The notes beneath the pieces are model-generated. The model ran no database searches. It had not been told where the DNA came from and saw only the letters and a program-made list of their open reading frames with translations. DNA of 64,000 nt from Acanthopagrus schlegelii. Its lineage: Eukaryota. The stretch is taken from assembly GCA_041753875.1 (NCBI GenBank), contig CM085480.1:5735958-5799957 (forward strand), written 5' to 3'. Both the position numbers and the translations under genes were made by a program. Numbering within the stretch: the stretch's first letter is position 1; the number at the start of each line of letters is the position of its first letter. Positions 61,237 through 64,000 of the stretch are shown here, piece by piece.

Positions 61237-62240
61237 CAGGCATAACATTATGACCACTGACAGGTGAAGTGAATAATACTGATTATCTCTTCAACATGGC
61301 ACCTGTTAGTCAGTGGGACACATTAGGCAGCAAGTGAACATGTTGTCTACAAAGTTGATGTGTTAGAAGCAGGAAAAATGGGCAGCATAAGGATTTGAGC
61401 GAGTTTGACAAGGGCTAAATTGTGATGGCTACACGACTGGGTCAGAGCATCTCCAAAGCTGCAGCTCTTGTGGGGTGTTCCCAGTCTGCAAAGGTTGGTA
61501 TCCATCAGTAGTGGTCCAAGGAAGGAACAGCGGTGAGCCAGCGACAGGGTCATGGGCGGCCAAGGCTCAATGAGGAAGTTAATGCTGCTTCCGATAGAAA
61601 AGTGTCAGAGTACACAGTGAAGCGCAGTTTGTTGCATATGAAGCTGCATAGCTGCAGACTGGTCAGCATGCCCATGCCGGCCCCTGTCCACCGCCAAAAG
61701 GGCCAACAATGTTACCTGTGGGACACATAGCACCAGGATGCACTATGGGAAGAAGGCAAGCAGGAGGCATTGTGATGCTTTGGGGAATGTTCTGCTGGGA
61801 AACCTTGGGTCCTGCCATTTAGTGGGTGACAAGTTCCACCTACCTAAGCATTGTTGCAGACCATGTACACCCTTTCATGGAAATGGTATTCCCTGATGGC
61901 TGTGGCAGGATAATGTGCCGTGCCACAGAGCAAAAATGGTTCAGGAATGGTTTGAGGAGCACTACAACAAGTTTGAGGTGTTGACTTGGCCTCCAAATTC
62001 AACAGATCTCAAATCTAATCAAGCATCTCTGGGAGGTGCTGGACAAACAAGTCAGATCCATGGAGGCCCTACCTCGCAACTTACAGGACTTAAAGGCTCT
62101 GCTGCTAACATCTTGGTGCTAGATATCACAGCACACCTTCAGGGGGTCTAGTGGAGTCCATGCCATGATGGGTCAGGGCTGTTTTGGCATCAAGGTGGAT
62201 CAAAACAATATTAGGCAGGTGGTCATAATGTGAAGCCTGA
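61237..62240 (+). mobile_element. Internally deleted Tc1/mariner (Tc1-like) DNA transposon with short terminal inverted repeats
   Basis: Plus-strand transposase fragments read 'GRPRLNEEVNAASDRKVSEYTVKRSLLHMKLHSCRLVSMPMPAPVHRQK' and 'QDNVPCHRAKMVQEWFEEHYNKFEVLTWPPNSTDLKSN'. The inverted termini are 'acattatgaccac' (61246) and 'gtggtcataatgt' (62233). It lies about 50 bp downstream of lectin exon 5. Confidence 0.65.
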
Positions 62241-64000
62241 TTAGTGTACAATGATTGTACATTACTAGAGTAATTTCTGTCTGATGGTTTGAATAATTGT
62301 TATCAGAATCAGACTGACTCGCTGTAAGTATGTGATTTGTCAAGTACAAGTACAAAAAGCAATTTGTATGAAAACCTGGCCTGCAGGAGCAGAAAAGGTC
62401 CAGGTCAGCTATATGCTGTAGAATGTTGAAGATGACTATCAGCAGGAACAAAATGTAAAGAGTGTCAGATTGAAAGTAGTGGGTAAGAAGTAAATAATGT
62501 TTTTAATAATGCAAGGCTGCTCCACTGATCCTTGCTCTTCCCAGTCCAACTGTCTGCAGTTAGAATCCACTGTTGCCAGCATCTCAGTAAGGAAAGTTGC
62601 TATTGGCTGGCTCGTTAAAAGTCACTAAATGACGGTGTCGCCCAATTTGCATAAATGGCCATGTGCATTTAATTGAAATGTGCTGTTGGAGAGAGGAATA
62701 ATGTCATGGGGGTGACAAAAAGTGAGTAAAAAAACACCTGTATTATGTTTAGCACTACAAACAAACTTACTAAACTTACTAGATTGACCGTATTTTAGTT
62801 GTCAGCTCAAACTCTTCAATAGGTGTGCATGGGGCACTTTTACACCAGCATCAAAACCGTTATTTTTAAAGCACTAGGAAGGCTCGACACAACATGAAAC
62901 TTTGCTCGTAGTATCACCAGGGGTGAGAACGTTGTTTGTGTACACAGAGTTTACTAAAAATTAAGTTTTTGTATAATTCACATCAGCAGTAGTGTCTTCC
63001 TCTAGTCGTCGTCATGGCAGCCCAGAAGCGTCGATCCCCGAGTGCAACCTAACAGGAAGGAGAGTAAAGTTGGACCGCTCCTAAAGCTTAGTTCCATATA
63101 AATGCCCGGATAATTTGTTGTTTTGTTGTTAGCAAAAAAACAATATTAACCTTCAAGTTGAAAAAGGAGCCTCATATAAGAAACAATACTGAAGTCAAAA
63201 GCCAGAAAAGTCACGTGACATCTTGTGTGGCTATTTTTTGCTGTGCAAATCAGTCAAATGGCCTAGGAGGAGTTGGAGAAAGTAAGTTTATCATTTTTTC
63301 ACAGAGCCTTAGTGGCTCATGGGGAAGTAGTCACATCGGGTTCATGTCATTCAGACAGACCAGTGTGGAGATATGCAACACTTTGTGTTTTGAGCAAAAT
63401 GTACAGGAAGTTGTTGTTTAATAACTTGAGTATTGTATAATAATATCAAAATTCTTTTAATAGCTTTTTGTCAGCAGCGTCAACAGATCATGTGTGCAAA
63501 GTTTGGTGCAAATCAGTGAAATCGCCTGGGAGGAGTCAAAAAATTTAGGTTTGCGAAATTTTGCGACTTTGCGGGGATAAAAAAGGTAGGCGGAAACGGG
63601 CGTGGCCTATATGACAGTTGTGACATTTATTCAAAATTTAGTAAGTTTTGAGGCATGTTCAGGCAGTGAAAAATGCGATCATTTGGGACGAAAAAGTTGT
63701 CATTTGAAAAAACTAGCAGGTCGAGTCCTGCTCGGGCCCTTAGCTTAGGTTGCATTTTGGAGAGCGTTTCACTTTAAAGTCAGGTACTCGGGCTAGTTGC
63801 GTTGCATCATGCAAATCTGCAATCAAAGTTGTTCCAAATGTGGCAGCTGGTTTTCTACTGCAGCATATCTAGACCTAACTGAGTAAAGTGAAAGAGAAAC
63901 TAATGGTAGAACAGTGCTGGCACCAGCAGAGCCAGTTGAGAAAAGAGTGAAAATATATTTTCCATTAAGAAAAGCCTTCAGTGTTCTTTCTGGCTCTTTG

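Noticed and set aside
1-64000. Possibility of a prokaryotic or phage defence system, operon or CRISPR array, as hinted by the task
   Set aside because: The sequence has spliced multi-exon genes with GT-AG introns, vertebrate LINE/Tc1/Gypsy debris, abundant microsatellites and no long contiguous ORFs. The only repeat arrays are eukaryotic micro- and minisatellites without spacer structure. It is vertebrate (teleost-like) nuclear DNA.
62240-64000. Search for the missing last CTLD exon (EPN/QPD…WND…C) downstream of the Tc1 element
   Set aside because: No segment with the expected W..GEPN / WND / FICE pattern in the correct phase was visible, so no exon was called. It may lie beyond the window.

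Overview
This window is vertebrate (teleost-fish-like) nuclear DNA, not prokaryotic. It is AT-rich, crowded with microsatellites, carries spliced genes with GT-AG introns, and contains LINE/Tc1/Gypsy retroelement debris. I found no bacterial-type defence system, CRISPR array or operon. Two protein-coding genes can be reconstructed by eye on the + strand. (1) A complete vault poly(ADP-ribose) polymerase gene (PARP4 orthologue), about 20165-43781. It has 34 coding exons whose splice phases all agree, and encodes about 1876 aa with domains in the order BRCT, PARP regulatory/catalytic, VIT, vWA, a proline-rich repeat region, then the vault-protein (MVP)-binding C-terminus. (2) The 5' part of a type-II C-type lectin receptor gene (CLEC4/CD209-like), 46838 to beyond 61184. 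Its C-type lectin domain (CTLD) is split by a transposable-element (TE)-filled intron of about 12.6 kb; the last CTLD exon(s) are not in the window. That intron holds a near-full-length but frameshifted APE+RT LINE, L1-like ORF1 and ORF2 remnants, a Gypsy pol fragment and a deleted Tc1-like transposon. The first 20 kb is apparently non-coding: simple repeats, a roughly 190-bp tandem repeat, a telomere-like hexamer run, local duplications, and fragments of the same LINE family. All exon coordinates were hand-counted and may be off by 1-2 nt.
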